A stretch of DNA of 64,000 bases from Pseudomonadota bacterium (lineage in GTDB: Bacteria; Pseudomonadota; Gammaproteobacteria; Steroidobacterales; Steroidobacteraceae): contig JAEYUC010000051.1 in the NCBI GenBank assembly GCA_023433705.1, forward strand, positions 18,968-82,967, read 5' to 3'. This document shows, piece after piece, positions 19,316-31,100 of this stretch; the first letter of the stretch is position 1; every line of letters starts with the position of its first letter. Below the pieces are notes generated by a model. It made no database searches. It saw only the letters and a list, made by a program, of their open reading frames with translations, and was not told the DNA's origin. The translations under genes and the position numbers were made by a program.

Positions 19316-20457
19316 TTCACCTTCCGCATGTACTCCGCGTAGCCGTTGTCGAGCATCAACAGGTGCCGTTCCTCCGTGAGCGCGCGCAGCACGTAGATCG
19401 CGGTCCATCCGAAGAGGCCGATGAAGAACATGGCTACCGGAAAGCCCTCGACCGTGAACACGCCGATCAAGCCGGGGATCGCGCCTATCCACCACGCGAG
19501 ATTCTTGGCCGCATACGCCGGATGCCGGACGAACGCGTACGGCCCGTGGGTCACGATGCCGCGATTGGTCAGGTTGCTCGCCTTGAAGCCGAGCGCCACC
19601 GACGCCCACGAGAAGATGCCCATCGCCACGAGGATGCAGACGTTCGCCGCGAAGTGCGCGGCGTCGTTCGCGAACTGCGGAAAATCGCTGCTCTGCCACG
19701 GAAACAACTGGCTCGTGAACCCGTTGAACGGCGGATAACACGCGAGGCAGACGGCCCAGCCGAAGAACGTCGGATCCACGCTCAGGATCCGGTTCTTGAG
19801 TGCGGGCGTTTCGACGATGTAGCCCATCGTGAACAGGAACGTGTCGACGAAAAGTATGAGCTGGAAGCAGGTCCAGAACAGCGCGGAATCGAACAGTACC
19901 CGGCCGCTCGCGCCGTCACCGATGCTGTTCCACAGGTTCACGACGGAGCCGGTCATGTCGCCGATGTGACCCAGGCACCAGTTGATCATGAGCGGTGCAA
20001 AGAAGAACTTGAGCAGCAGTGCGAGCGCGGCCTGTCTGGCGGCAGGCGAAAGCGCGCCGCGCAGCGGCAGCGCCATGGGCCGCCGCGCGCGAGCGGCCAT
20101 CCGCGCGCGCGACGCCGGGCGGAACATGCGCAGCACGCTGAACCACAGTCCCTGCAGGAAGATGGATGCCTTGGAGCGCATCCACGGATGACGCGCATAG
20201 AAGGGGATCAGTACGATCGCGTACAGCGCGATCAGCGCGACGAACAGTTCCCGCACGTCGATCGAGAAGAGTTGCGCGCGCAGGATGTTGCGATGGAACT
20301 GGCTCACGGACGTGACGATCCACCAGGCCAGTCCGACGAAGCCGAGCGTGGAAAAGTAGTTCGCCGCGAAGCGGCGGCTGACGATGTTGCCGATCACGCT
20401 CGAGAGAAAAGTCGGCTTGGCGGTCAGTTCGCCCGTCATTGCGGCCGATTCTCGCAC
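19288..20457 (-). CDS. polytopic membrane protein with an ICMT/PEMT-like methyltransferase C-terminal domain
   Basis: ...RGIVTHGPYAFVRHPAYAAKNLAWWIG...ALTEERHL... resembles the isoprenylcysteine carboxyl methyltransferase family. Its 3' end overlaps the downstream GH gene start by 28 nt. Confidence 0.6.
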   Translation of the reverse strand: MRESAAMTGELTAKPTFLSSVIGNIVSRRFAANYFSTLGFVGLAWWIVTSVSQFHRNILRAQLFSIDVRELFVALIALYAIVLIPFYARHPWMRSKASIFLQGLWFSVLRMFRPASRARMAARARRPMALPLRGALSPAARQAALALLLKFFFAPLMINWCLGHIGDMTGSVVNLWNSIGDGASGRVLFDSALFWTCFQLILFVDTFLFTMGYIVETPALKNRILSVDPTFFGWAVCLACYPPFNGFTSQLFPWQSSDFPQFANDAAHFAANVCILVAMGIFSWASVALGFKASNLTNRGIVTHGPYAFVRHPAYAAKNLAWWIGAIPGLIGVFTVEGFPVAMFFIGLFGWTAIYVLRALTEERHLLMLDNGYAEYMRKVKWRFIPGVF

Positions 20458-20512
20458 GAGATGCGCGATGGGTTCACCGGTCGACGCCCGGGCAGCCGCC
20501 TGCAGCCGCTTT

Positions 20513-21601
20513 TCAGCCTTTCAGCGGCAGCGTGATGTTGAACGTCGTGCCCACGCCGGCGGTCGATTCGCACTCGATCCGGCCACCGTGGGCATCGACG
20601 ATGCCCTTGGCGATGAACAGGCCCAGTCCCGTGCCGGTCTTCTGCAGCTTGCGGCTGGCCGAGTAATACGGATCGAAGATGTGGGGCAGGTCCTCACACG
20701 AGATACCCGGACCGCTGTCCGAGATCTCGATGTGCGCATTGCCGCCCTGCGTGCGGCTCGTCACCTTGATCGTGTCGCCGGGCCTGCAGAACTTCACCGC
20801 GTTGCCGATCAGGTTCTGGAAGAGTTGCATGAGCCGCGCGCGGTCGGCCTCGGTGCGCACGACGTCCGTCCCCGGGTCGTAGCCGAGTTCGAGGCCCTTC
20901 TCGCGCGCCGGCGCCTCGTGCACGGTGACGACTTCGCGCAGGACCTCGTTGACGATCACGCTCGATGGATTGATCGAGAGCTGGCCCGAGCGCAGGTTCA
21001 CGATGTCCATGAGATCGCCGATCATCCGGTTCATCTGTTCCACGTTGCGGCGGATGCGCAGGTGCTGCTCGCGCACCTGTTCGGGCGTGAGGTTGTACTT
21101 CGGATTGAGCAACATCGAGGTCGTCGTGTGGATCACCGCGAGCGGCGTGCGCAGGTCGTGCGAAACGATCGCGAGCACGTCCTCGCGGGAGCGCACCTCC
21201 TGCGCGAGTTTCTGCCGCTCACGATAGACGTCGAGGAACAGCTTCACTTTCTGGCGCAGCAGTTCGGGGTCGACCGGCGTACTCAATACATCGGCTGCGC
21301 CGCTGTCCCGACCGCGAAGGATCGGCGAGTCGTTGATGTCCGCATCCGCGATGAAGATGGTCGGAATGCCCTTGGGTTTTGCCGTGTCGCGCGCGACCTC
21401 GGCGAGCTCGACGCCGTTGATCCGGGATTTGTGCACGGTCACGACCGCGAGCGCGATGTCATGGAGCTGCAGGTGCCCGCGCGCCTCCGACGCCGACGAG
21501 GCGGTGAGGAATTCGAGGTCATCGGCACGCAGCATCGCCACCAGGGCGGGCAGGTTTTCGTCGGCATCGTCGACCAGCAGGACCTTGATGGATTCGGTCA
21601 T
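20513..21601 (-). CDS. histidine kinase with an N-terminal degenerate (pseudo-)receiver domain
   Basis: MTESIKVLLVDDADENL... is receiver-like. H-box SHDLRTPL, N-box QNLIGNAVKF, G1 DSGPGI and G2 GTGLGL are all present. I chose the internal Met (21601) as start. Confidence 0.8.
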   Translation of the reverse strand: MTESIKVLLVDDADENLPALVAMLRADDLEFLTASSASEARGHLQLHDIALAVVTVHKSRINGVELAEVARDTAKPKGIPTIFIADADINDSPILRGRDSGAADVLSTPVDPELLRQKVKLFLDVYRERQKLAQEVRSREDVLAIVSHDLRTPLAVIHTTTSMLLNPKYNLTPEQVREQHLRIRRNVEQMNRMIGDLMDIVNLRSGQLSINPSSVIVNEVLREVVTVHEAPAREKGLELGYDPGTDVVRTEADRARLMQLFQNLIGNAVKFCRPGDTIKVTSRTQGGNAHIEISDSGPGISCEDLPHIFDPYYSASRKLQKTGTGLGLFIAKGIVDAHGGRIECESTAGVGTTFNITLPLKG

Positions 21602-21635
21602 TGTTAGCGGAAGCCCCCGGTCAGAATTCCGGAGT

Positions 21636-22376
21636 TTACTGGGTGCGGGGCGCAACAGCGGGTGCGGGGGCGCCGGCTATCTCGGCCAGCCGAATCCTAC
21701 GTTCGAATTCGCGGATGTGCGCGGCGCATTCGGAGCGTTGCGCCTGGAGGAGCATGTGAGGTCCATCGAGCGAAGCGAGTTCGGCGTTCCGGGCGAGAGC
21801 GAGGACTTCGTCGGCCGCGGACTCCGGTACGAGCCGGTCGGAGCGGGCACGCAGGTACAGAACGGGAAGGGTGACATTGCGCAGTCGTTCGCGCATGTCC
21901 AGTTCCGACATCGCGCGCAGGCGCGCGGTGAGTGTCCCCGACGAAACGTGCGACAAGGCGCGCTCCAGTGCGGCGCGCAGCCCAGGCGTGGAGAACTTGC
22001 CTAACAAGACGCGCTGCGCGACGACCACGGGCAACAGTTTGGGCGACGCGAAGACCGTCAGCGGCTTCAACAGGCTCAGCAGTCTGTTCGGGCAGGCCGC
22101 GAAGGATGCGCACAGGATCAGGCCCATGAGATTCGGCGGCGCATTCGCGGCGATGGATATCGCGACCGGACCCGAAAACGATTCGCCGAGCAGCAGGAAC
22201 GGGCGATCCTTCGGCAGCTCCCGCCGCGCGATTTCCACGTGCTGCGCATAGGTCGCCCGGCGATCCGGGTAACTCACGACGGTGCAGTCGAAATCCGGCT
22301 CCAGGACTCGAAGCGCTGGAGCAAACAACTCCCCGGTTCCGTCCATGCCGGGCAGGAGCACGAGAGCGGGTTTCAT
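21636..22376 (-). CDS. alpha/beta hydrolase
   Basis: 246 aa, MKPALVLLPGMDGTGELF...LLLGESFSGPVA (GxSxG nucleophile elbow). Confidence 0.7.
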   Translation of the reverse strand: MKPALVLLPGMDGTGELFAPALRVLEPDFDCTVVSYPDRRATYAQHVEIARRELPKDRPFLLLGESFSGPVAISIAANAPPNLMGLILCASFAACPNRLLSLLKPLTVFASPKLLPVVVAQRVLLGKFSTPGLRAALERALSHVSSGTLTARLRAMSELDMRERLRNVTLPVLYLRARSDRLVPESAADEVLALARNAELASLDGPHMLLQAQRSECAAHIREFERRIRLAEIAGAPAPAVAPRTQ

Positions 22377-24195
22377 GATCCGATTCTACTGAACGGACAC
22401 TGAACGAGTAGATAGAAACGGCGAAGCGACATTTGCTGGCAAGTTAGACGGTCTCGCGGCTAGAATGAAGCGGTACCCGGACAATCAGGGATGTGACAAT
22501 GCGTCTGAGCATCGCGTCGGGACTGATCGCGGCGATCCTGCTGGCCGGCTGCGGAGGAGATGATGGCGGTTCCGGCGATCCGGATACCCCGGCGGTGGGA
22601 TACCTGATTGCCGGCGGCGCGCGGGGCGTTCGCTACCAAACCGCGACTCAATCGGGATTCACGGACGCTTCCGGCGCTTTCCGTTACATGCCCGGCGAAA
22701 CCGTTCGCTTCTCGGTGGGCGGTATCGAGCTGGGCTCGGCGACGGGCGCCCACCGGATCACCCTCTTCACGCTGGCCGGGGCATCGCAGCCGACCACCGA
22801 AGCGGAGCTGCGCCGCGAGCTCGACCGCGCGCTGCGCGTGCAGACGCCATTCCTGCGCGCCGTCAACCTCGCGCGTTTTCTGCTGGTGCTCGACGCGGAT
22901 GGCACACCCGAAAACGGGCTCGACGTTTCGGCCGCGGGAGCGGCCCTTGCCAATGCGTCCCTGGATTTCGGCCAGGGGTTGTACCCGTTCGCCAGCCGGC
23001 TCGAGGCCCTGCAGGTACCGAAAACCGAAAATATTCCCTACTGGCGACCCGTCGCACACCTGTACCGCGTGGAAAACATCGCGGTTTCCGCGCGGGTTCC
23101 CGCGCTGGTTCAGAGACGCGGCCCAATCTTCGGCACCGATGTCACGTACAGCTATCGCGACGATGGTCTGCGCGAAACGCAATCCGAGGACAGCACGCTC
23201 GATGGCATTCCTGAATACCTCACTCGTGTCGAATACGACTCGATGGGGCGGCCCGTGTCCTCGCAGCAGGAGTATGTCAGTCCGATCGCCGGCTTCGGCT
23301 ATCTTGCGCTGTCGACGTACGTATACGACCCGCGCGGCCGCTTCCTGCGGCAGGACAGCGAGCTCGACGTGGGGGGTAATGGCACGGTCGAATCAGTCGT
23401 GACGGGCGAAGTCGAGGGCGGGCCTGCCGAGGATTTCGTGCGTCAGACCTTCCGCACGGACGTCGATTTCGATGGAGTCGCGGACACCATCGAGATTTAC
23501 GAATCGAGCCTCGACCGTGCGCTGCTCGTCCGGACATCGTCCGCACGCATCGACGAGGGCGCCGACGGAACCATCAACTACAGTTACGAGGAAGTAGCGG
23601 ATTTCGACGAGCGCGAACGCATCTCGATGGTGACCAACGAGACCGACAACGATGGTGACGGGATCACGGACTACCGGGCGGCGATCGTATTCACGTATAC
23701 GGACACGCCGCGCACCGCCCGTAGCGAGGAGTCGATCGATTTCGATGGCGATGGTGTCATCGACCAGATGACGATCACGACACGCGACCTCGATGACGCC
23801 GGCAACGATCTGAATCGCTTGATCGAAGACGACTACAACGCCGACGGCATCGTCGACTACCGGTCGACGATGGTGTCGACCTTCGACGGCGAGCGCCGTC
23901 GCCTCACGGCCGTCGAAGACCTGGACTACACCGCCGACGGGATCATCGAACACCGCAAAAGCGAGACGCAGTCGTACGCGCCCTCGGGAGGCGTTCTGAA
24001 CTACCGGCTGGATGTCGATTGGTTGGCGGATGGTCTCATCGATCAACGTCAAGAGCAGCGCTACGACTACGGCACCGGAGGCGAACTGCTCGGCTGGGGC
24101 GACTACGACCTCGACGAGTCGTCCGACACTCCAAGGCTGTGGATGACCATCGAGAACACCACTTTCGCGGACGGTGTGCGCGCGCTGGCGCAGAG

Positions 24196-27060
<2,865 letters not shown>

Positions 27061-27154
27061 GTTTCGAGCGCGATATCTCGCGCGATCGTTGCGAAACAGC
27101 AGAGTTTAAGCGGGGAGGGTGGTCCGGGTATAACCAGTACCCGGGCGCGCCGAG

Positions 27155-27174
27155 TACTGTATGACCGTACTGTA
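27155..27174. promoter_or_regulatory. candidate LexA (SOS) box upstream of uvrA
   Basis: TACTGTATGACCGTACTGTA matches the E. coli-type consensus TACTGTATATATATACAGTA at 14 of 20 positions (CTGT-N8-ACTG core), about 95 nt upstream of the uvrA start. Confidence 0.35.
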
Positions 27175-27198
27175 CGAATATGGGGCAGGCGTCGCCCG

Positions 27199-28005
27199 TC
27201 AGCGGTTTTCCGCGCGTTGCGGCTGCTCTGCAGGCGCCGATTCCGTCGGCGCGCCCGCCGGCGTCGCGTCGGCCAGCGGCGGCACGAGGATCTTTCTGCC
27301 GGTGAACATGGCCGACACGAGATTCCCGCCCCCACGCAGCTCGGTGATGACCACCGCTACGATGTGCAGCGACGCGAAGAACACCAGCGCATAGAAAACG
27401 TAGTAGTGGATCTTCACCATCGGACCGCGGAATTCGCGCATCGCCGCGTACGCGTCGGCGTCGTAGAGGGCCGGCGCGTACGGGATGACCAGGTCAGGAT
27501 CGACACCGGGCGCGGCGACCCATTCGGCCATGAACGCACCGAAGGGCGGATAGAACAGGTCGGTGCCCGCGAGCACGAGCCCCGTCAGCGCCTGCGCGAG
27601 CAGCAATACGAGCATCAACGTGACCGCGATACGGCCAAGCGGATTGTGACCCAGGTAGGGACGGGCATCGCCCGAACGAAAGGCCGCGACGTAGCGCCTG
27701 AGCGCGCCGGCGTAGCCGCGGCCGGCTGGAAGGATTTCGCGCCAGCGCGCGTGCGGACTTCCGATGAAGGCCCAGACGAGCCGGAACGCAAGGTTCAGCG
27801 CGAACACGTAACCGATCCAGACGTGCGTCGACTTCAGCAGGATCTTGCCGTCGTTGGTGATGCCCAGCGCCTTGTCGTTGAGGATCACGATGCCGGAGGC
27901 GATGAGTCCGAGCACGCACAGGACGTTGATCCAGTGGAACGCGCGAACGCCCGCGTCCCAGACCGGGTATACCCTGAGCCGATTCGTGGGGTTCACCGAA
28001 ATCAC
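27199..28005 (-). CDS. cytochrome b561 / Ni-hydrogenase-type b cytochrome family membrane protein
   Basis: ...VWDAGVRAFHWINVLCVLGLIASG...STHVWIGYVFA...LGHNPLGR...IHYYVFYALVFFASLHIVAVV... shows 4 TM helices with conserved His residues. No ATG is available; the GTG at 28005 (or 27996) is my guess. The upstream part of the track ORF overlaps apbE out of frame. Confidence 0.65.
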   Translation of the reverse strand: MISVNPTNRLRVYPVWDAGVRAFHWINVLCVLGLIASGIVILNDKALGITNDGKILLKSTHVWIGYVFALNLAFRLVWAFIGSPHARWREILPAGRGYAGALRRYVAAFRSGDARPYLGHNPLGRIAVTLMLVLLLAQALTGLVLAGTDLFYPPFGAFMAEWVAAPGVDPDLVIPYAPALYDADAYAAMREFRGPMVKIHYYVFYALVFFASLHIVAVVITELRGGGNLVSAMFTGRKILVPPLADATPAGAPTESAPAEQPQRAENR

Positions 28006-28082
28006 GGGCGGACTATGACGCGTCCCGACGAGGAATCCGCTCAGTAGTCGCACGTATGGGATTGCGTGCCGCGCGGATGCCT

Positions 28083-29096
28083 TCAGTCGCGCTGGATCCA
28101 GTGGCGTACTTTTTCCGCGGCCAGGAAATCCTCGGCGCCCGGGCCCTTGAGCATCGCCAACGTCGTCAACATGCCGGCCTGCGTGCAGGTGGCAGCCGCC
28201 ACGGTGACGGAGCGGGGCGCGCCGCGCACGGGGCGGCCGTCGCGCGGATCGAGTATGTGTGACAGGCGCTTGCCGCCCGCTTCGACGTATCGATAGCTGT
28301 CGCCGCTCGTCGCGAGCGCGCTGGCATGCAGGTCGATGAGTTTTTCCGCTCGGCCGTGAGAGCCATCCGCGGCCTCGATGCCGACACGCCAGGGGCGCCC
28401 GGCCTCGCGCGCGCGCGTTACGGCAAGATCGCCGCCGAAATTCACCAGCACCGCGTCGTCGCACATCGACGCCGCGAGTTTCGTCGCCTGGTCGACCGCA
28501 TATTCCTTGCCGATGCCGCCGAAGTCGATTTCCATTCCGGGCAGTAGCTGGATGCGTGGCCGATCCCAGCGAACCTTGCTCCATCCCACGAGCGGCAGCA
28601 GCGCATCGACTTCCGCGTGCCTGGGCAGGCGCCGACCGCCGTCGAAGCGCCACGCGCGGCGCAGCACTCCCGAAGTGATGTCGAACGAGCCACCGGATAG
28701 TTTGTGAACGAGCGTGGCGAAGTCGATCAGGTTCGCGGTCTCGTCATCGACGATGACGGGCGCGCCATCGGCGGAATTGATGACGCGAACCATTCCGTCG
28801 CCGCGATAGCGGCTGTACTTCGCCTCGATGCGCCAGGCGCAGCCGGCAACGGCGTTGGCGATGCCGCGAGACCAGGCCTCCGATTCGCACTCGACGAGCA
28901 CCTCGCACGGACTGCCCATCGCGCGAAAACGCGCGATCCACAGGTCCGCCGCCCGCGTAAGCGTCAGAGGCTGAAGCGGTACGTGAATTGCAGGATCACC
29001 GCGTCGAAGTCCGGCATCCGGGCCACCTGGTTGCCGATGAGCCGCTCCGCGGGCGTCTTCGCCGTTTGCTGGTAGAACTCGAGACGAGTACTCCAT
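28083..29096 (-). CDS. apbE: FAD:protein FMN transferase (ApbE family); start codon uncertain
   Basis: ...FRAMGSPCEVLV...LSGGSFDITSG...MEIDFGGIGKEYAVD...VNFGGDLAV...LATSGDSYRY...SHILDPRDGRP... fits the ApbE family. Candidate starts are ATG 29096, CTG 28967 and ATG 28919. Confidence 0.8.
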   Translation of the reverse strand: MEYSSRVLPANGEDARGAAHRQPGGPDAGLRRGDPAIHVPLQPLTLTRAADLWIARFRAMGSPCEVLVECESEAWSRGIANAVAGCAWRIEAKYSRYRGDGMVRVINSADGAPVIVDDETANLIDFATLVHKLSGGSFDITSGVLRRAWRFDGGRRLPRHAEVDALLPLVGWSKVRWDRPRIQLLPGMEIDFGGIGKEYAVDQATKLAASMCDDAVLVNFGGDLAVTRAREAGRPWRVGIEAADGSHGRAEKLIDLHASALATSGDSYRYVEAGGKRLSHILDPRDGRPVRGAPRSVTVAAATCTQAGMLTTLAMLKGPGAEDFLAAEKVRHWIQRD

Positions 29097-30310
29097 TCGT
29101 TGCCTCCCGCCGTCTTGCGGCCGTACTTGAGACCGAACGTCACGGCGCTCATGTCCGAAAGCCGCGCGTCGGCGGACGCGTACTGGGGCAGCACGCCCGT
29201 ATTCGCGAGGCTGTATTGGTAGAACGAAGCCGCGCTCTGCGTGTAATAACGCACGTGCGGCTCGAGGTAGCTCGACTCACCGATCGGCAGACGGAAACGC
29301 GATTCGAGCGTGTGCGAATCGATGTCCCAGTCGTCGGTCGAGTAGCGATAACCGACCTGCAGGACCTTTCCGGAGAAATCATGGCGCAGCTCCGCGTACA
29401 GTCCCTGCTTGCGCCGCGAGTCCGGGCGGCTCTCGAATAGATAGACGCCGGTGGGCCCGGAGGCGCCGGGCGCTGGCGTGCGCGCGACGAGCTCGCCGGT
29501 CTCCGCGTCGACGAGACTCAGGATCTTGTAAGGATCGGTGAGATATCCACTCGAGTCGGAGTACGAGTAGTTCACTCGCAGCAAGGTGTGCCGCCCGAGC
29601 ACCTGCGTGACGCCGAACAGGATGTCGATGACGTTCTTGCTGTCGCTGCTTGCGCCGCGATTGCCTGGGCGCGCGTCCTCGCCGACCGCATCGGTCATCT
29701 CGCTCAGAGGGAGCGGCAGGCCGCCGACGGGTTTGATGGTGTCCTGCGAGTAGGCGAGCGCCGCGCTCAGCGTGGTGTTCCGATCGTTGAAGTCGCGCGT
29801 GATGCCGAAATTTCCGCCGATGTGCGTGTAATCGTATTCGGAGGAGAATCCGACGCCCGCGGTCATCGTGTACAGACGCGCGAACGGCTGCGACCAGCTC
29901 GCGCCGAGCGCAAAGCGTGTGTCGAGAAAGGTGTCGTCGAGTGGAATTTCGCCGGCCGGCGTCGTGTACGTGTCGCGACCCGACGGACTCGTGAAAGTCT
30001 GCGGACCGTCCGTGGCGATGGCTCCGCTCGGCGACGCGCCGGTGAGCGAATCGACGCTGAGATCCAGCCCAAGCGTGCGATCGTCGCCGAAATCTCGCGT
30101 GGCGTGAGAACTCAGGCTGAAATCCTTCACGCGACTGTCGCTTTCACCGTAGTAGAGCAGCGCGGAGTCGATGTCCCACTTCCCTCCGTCGTCCGCGGCG
30201 TTCGAGACCACGGGTGCCGCAATGCCGAGCAGGCCGCACGTGGCGGCCGCGAGCGCGGCGCCTACGGGCATGGACGAGCCGGATTCCTTCCGCTTTTCCT
30301 CGTCCGTCAT
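28964..30310 (-). CDS. DUF3570-like predicted beta-barrel/envelope protein
   Basis: Start at internal Met MTDEEKRKESGSSMPVGAALAAATCGLLGIAAPVVSNA (signal-like), 1 nt after the DUF4266 stop. The sequence alternates in a beta-rich pattern, ends in ...LQFTYRFSL and contains DSLTGAS. Confidence 0.7.
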   Translation of the reverse strand: MTDEEKRKESGSSMPVGAALAAATCGLLGIAAPVVSNAADDGGKWDIDSALLYYGESDSRVKDFSLSSHATRDFGDDRTLGLDLSVDSLTGASPSGAIATDGPQTFTSPSGRDTYTTPAGEIPLDDTFLDTRFALGASWSQPFARLYTMTAGVGFSSEYDYTHIGGNFGITRDFNDRNTTLSAALAYSQDTIKPVGGLPLPLSEMTDAVGEDARPGNRGASSDSKNVIDILFGVTQVLGRHTLLRVNYSYSDSSGYLTDPYKILSLVDAETGELVARTPAPGASGPTGVYLFESRPDSRRKQGLYAELRHDFSGKVLQVGYRYSTDDWDIDSHTLESRFRLPIGESSYLEPHVRYYTQSAASFYQYSLANTGVLPQYASADARLSDMSAVTFGLKYGRKTAGGNEWSTRLEFYQQTAKTPAERLIGNQVARMPDFDAVILQFTYRFSL

Positions 30311-30311
30311 G

Positions 30312-30527
30312 TCAGTTGCAACCGCAGCCGCCGCCGCCGAAGCCGCGCCCGCCGCTCGTGCCTTCCTTGCTGAAATAGATGTGATCGTCGAGGGCCGTGT
30401 CCAGCGCATTGGATTCGAGCTGCATGTCGGGTCGCGCGAGCACTTCGCGCTCCCAGGGCTTTACGTTCGCGCAGCCGGTGAGCGCGGCGAATGCCGCGAG
30501 CATGAGGAAGCAACCAGGTCGGGTCAT
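30312..30527 (-). CDS. DUF4266-like small lipoprotein with a Gly/Cys-rich C-terminus
   Basis: 71 aa, MTRPGCFLMLAAFAALTGC (lipobox) ...DDHIYFSKEGTSGGRGFGGGGCGCN. Its start overlaps the stop of the thioredoxin gene. Confidence 0.7.
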   Translation of the reverse strand: MTRPGCFLMLAAFAALTGCANVKPWEREVLARPDMQLESNALDTALDDHIYFSKEGTSGGRGFGGGGCGCN

Positions 30528-31042
30528 CTTGGCTCCAGGAGTTTCATCAGTTCGGCTTCGCGCGCGTCGCGCTTCGTGGTGCGAAATCCGACGTGGGTCT
30601 GGACGAGCTTGCCGCTGCGGTCGTAGACGAATGTGCTCGGCATGGCGGGGACTTCGAACCTGGTCGCGAGCTCACCTCCGGCGTCGTAGACGACCTGGAA
30701 GTCGATTGGCACGTCGCGAAGGAAGCGCTCCGCATCCGCGCGATTCGCGTCGACGTTGACGCCAATGACCACCAGTCCGCGGTCGCCGTATTCGCGATGC
30801 ATGCGATTGAGCCAGGGAATCGATTCGCGGCAGGGCTTGCACCACGATGCCCAGAAATCGACGACGACCACGCGGCCGCGATAGTCGGCGAGGTCGAGCG
30901 TGGGCGCGAGAGCCGACGATGCCGGACCGGCGGAAAACGACAGCAGGACCATGAGCAGTCCCGCCAATCCCAACGGCCGAACGGCACGCCCGCGTGGGCG
31001 CGCCATAATCGACGCGCAGGAAAACCATGTCTTGGAGACCAT
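30524..31042 (-). CDS. TlpA/ResA-like periplasmic thiol:disulfide oxidoreductase
   Basis: ...VVVDFWASWCKPCRESIPWLN... carries the thioredoxin-fold CxxC motif and the N-terminus is signal-like. The start may be the internal Met at 31006. Confidence 0.8.
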   Translation of the reverse strand: MVSKTWFSCASIMARPRGRAVRPLGLAGLLMVLLSFSAGPASSALAPTLDLADYRGRVVVVDFWASWCKPCRESIPWLNRMHREYGDRGLVVIGVNVDANRADAERFLRDVPIDFQVVYDAGGELATRFEVPAMPSTFVYDRSGKLVQTHVGFRTTKRDAREAELMKLLEPR

Positions 31043-31100
31043 CAGGACGATGAGACGTCACCGCCGCGCCAAACCCGTCGCGACTTCGGGAAAAAATCCG

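Noticed and set aside
20513-21655. The longer start (21655) of the histidine kinase ORF, which overlaps the upstream alpha/beta hydrolase gene by 20 nt.
   Set aside because: The extra 18 residues (MRPAPSKLRNSDRGLPLT) precede the natural receiver-domain start MTESIKVLLVDD. I preferred the internal Met at 21601, although the longer form cannot be excluded.
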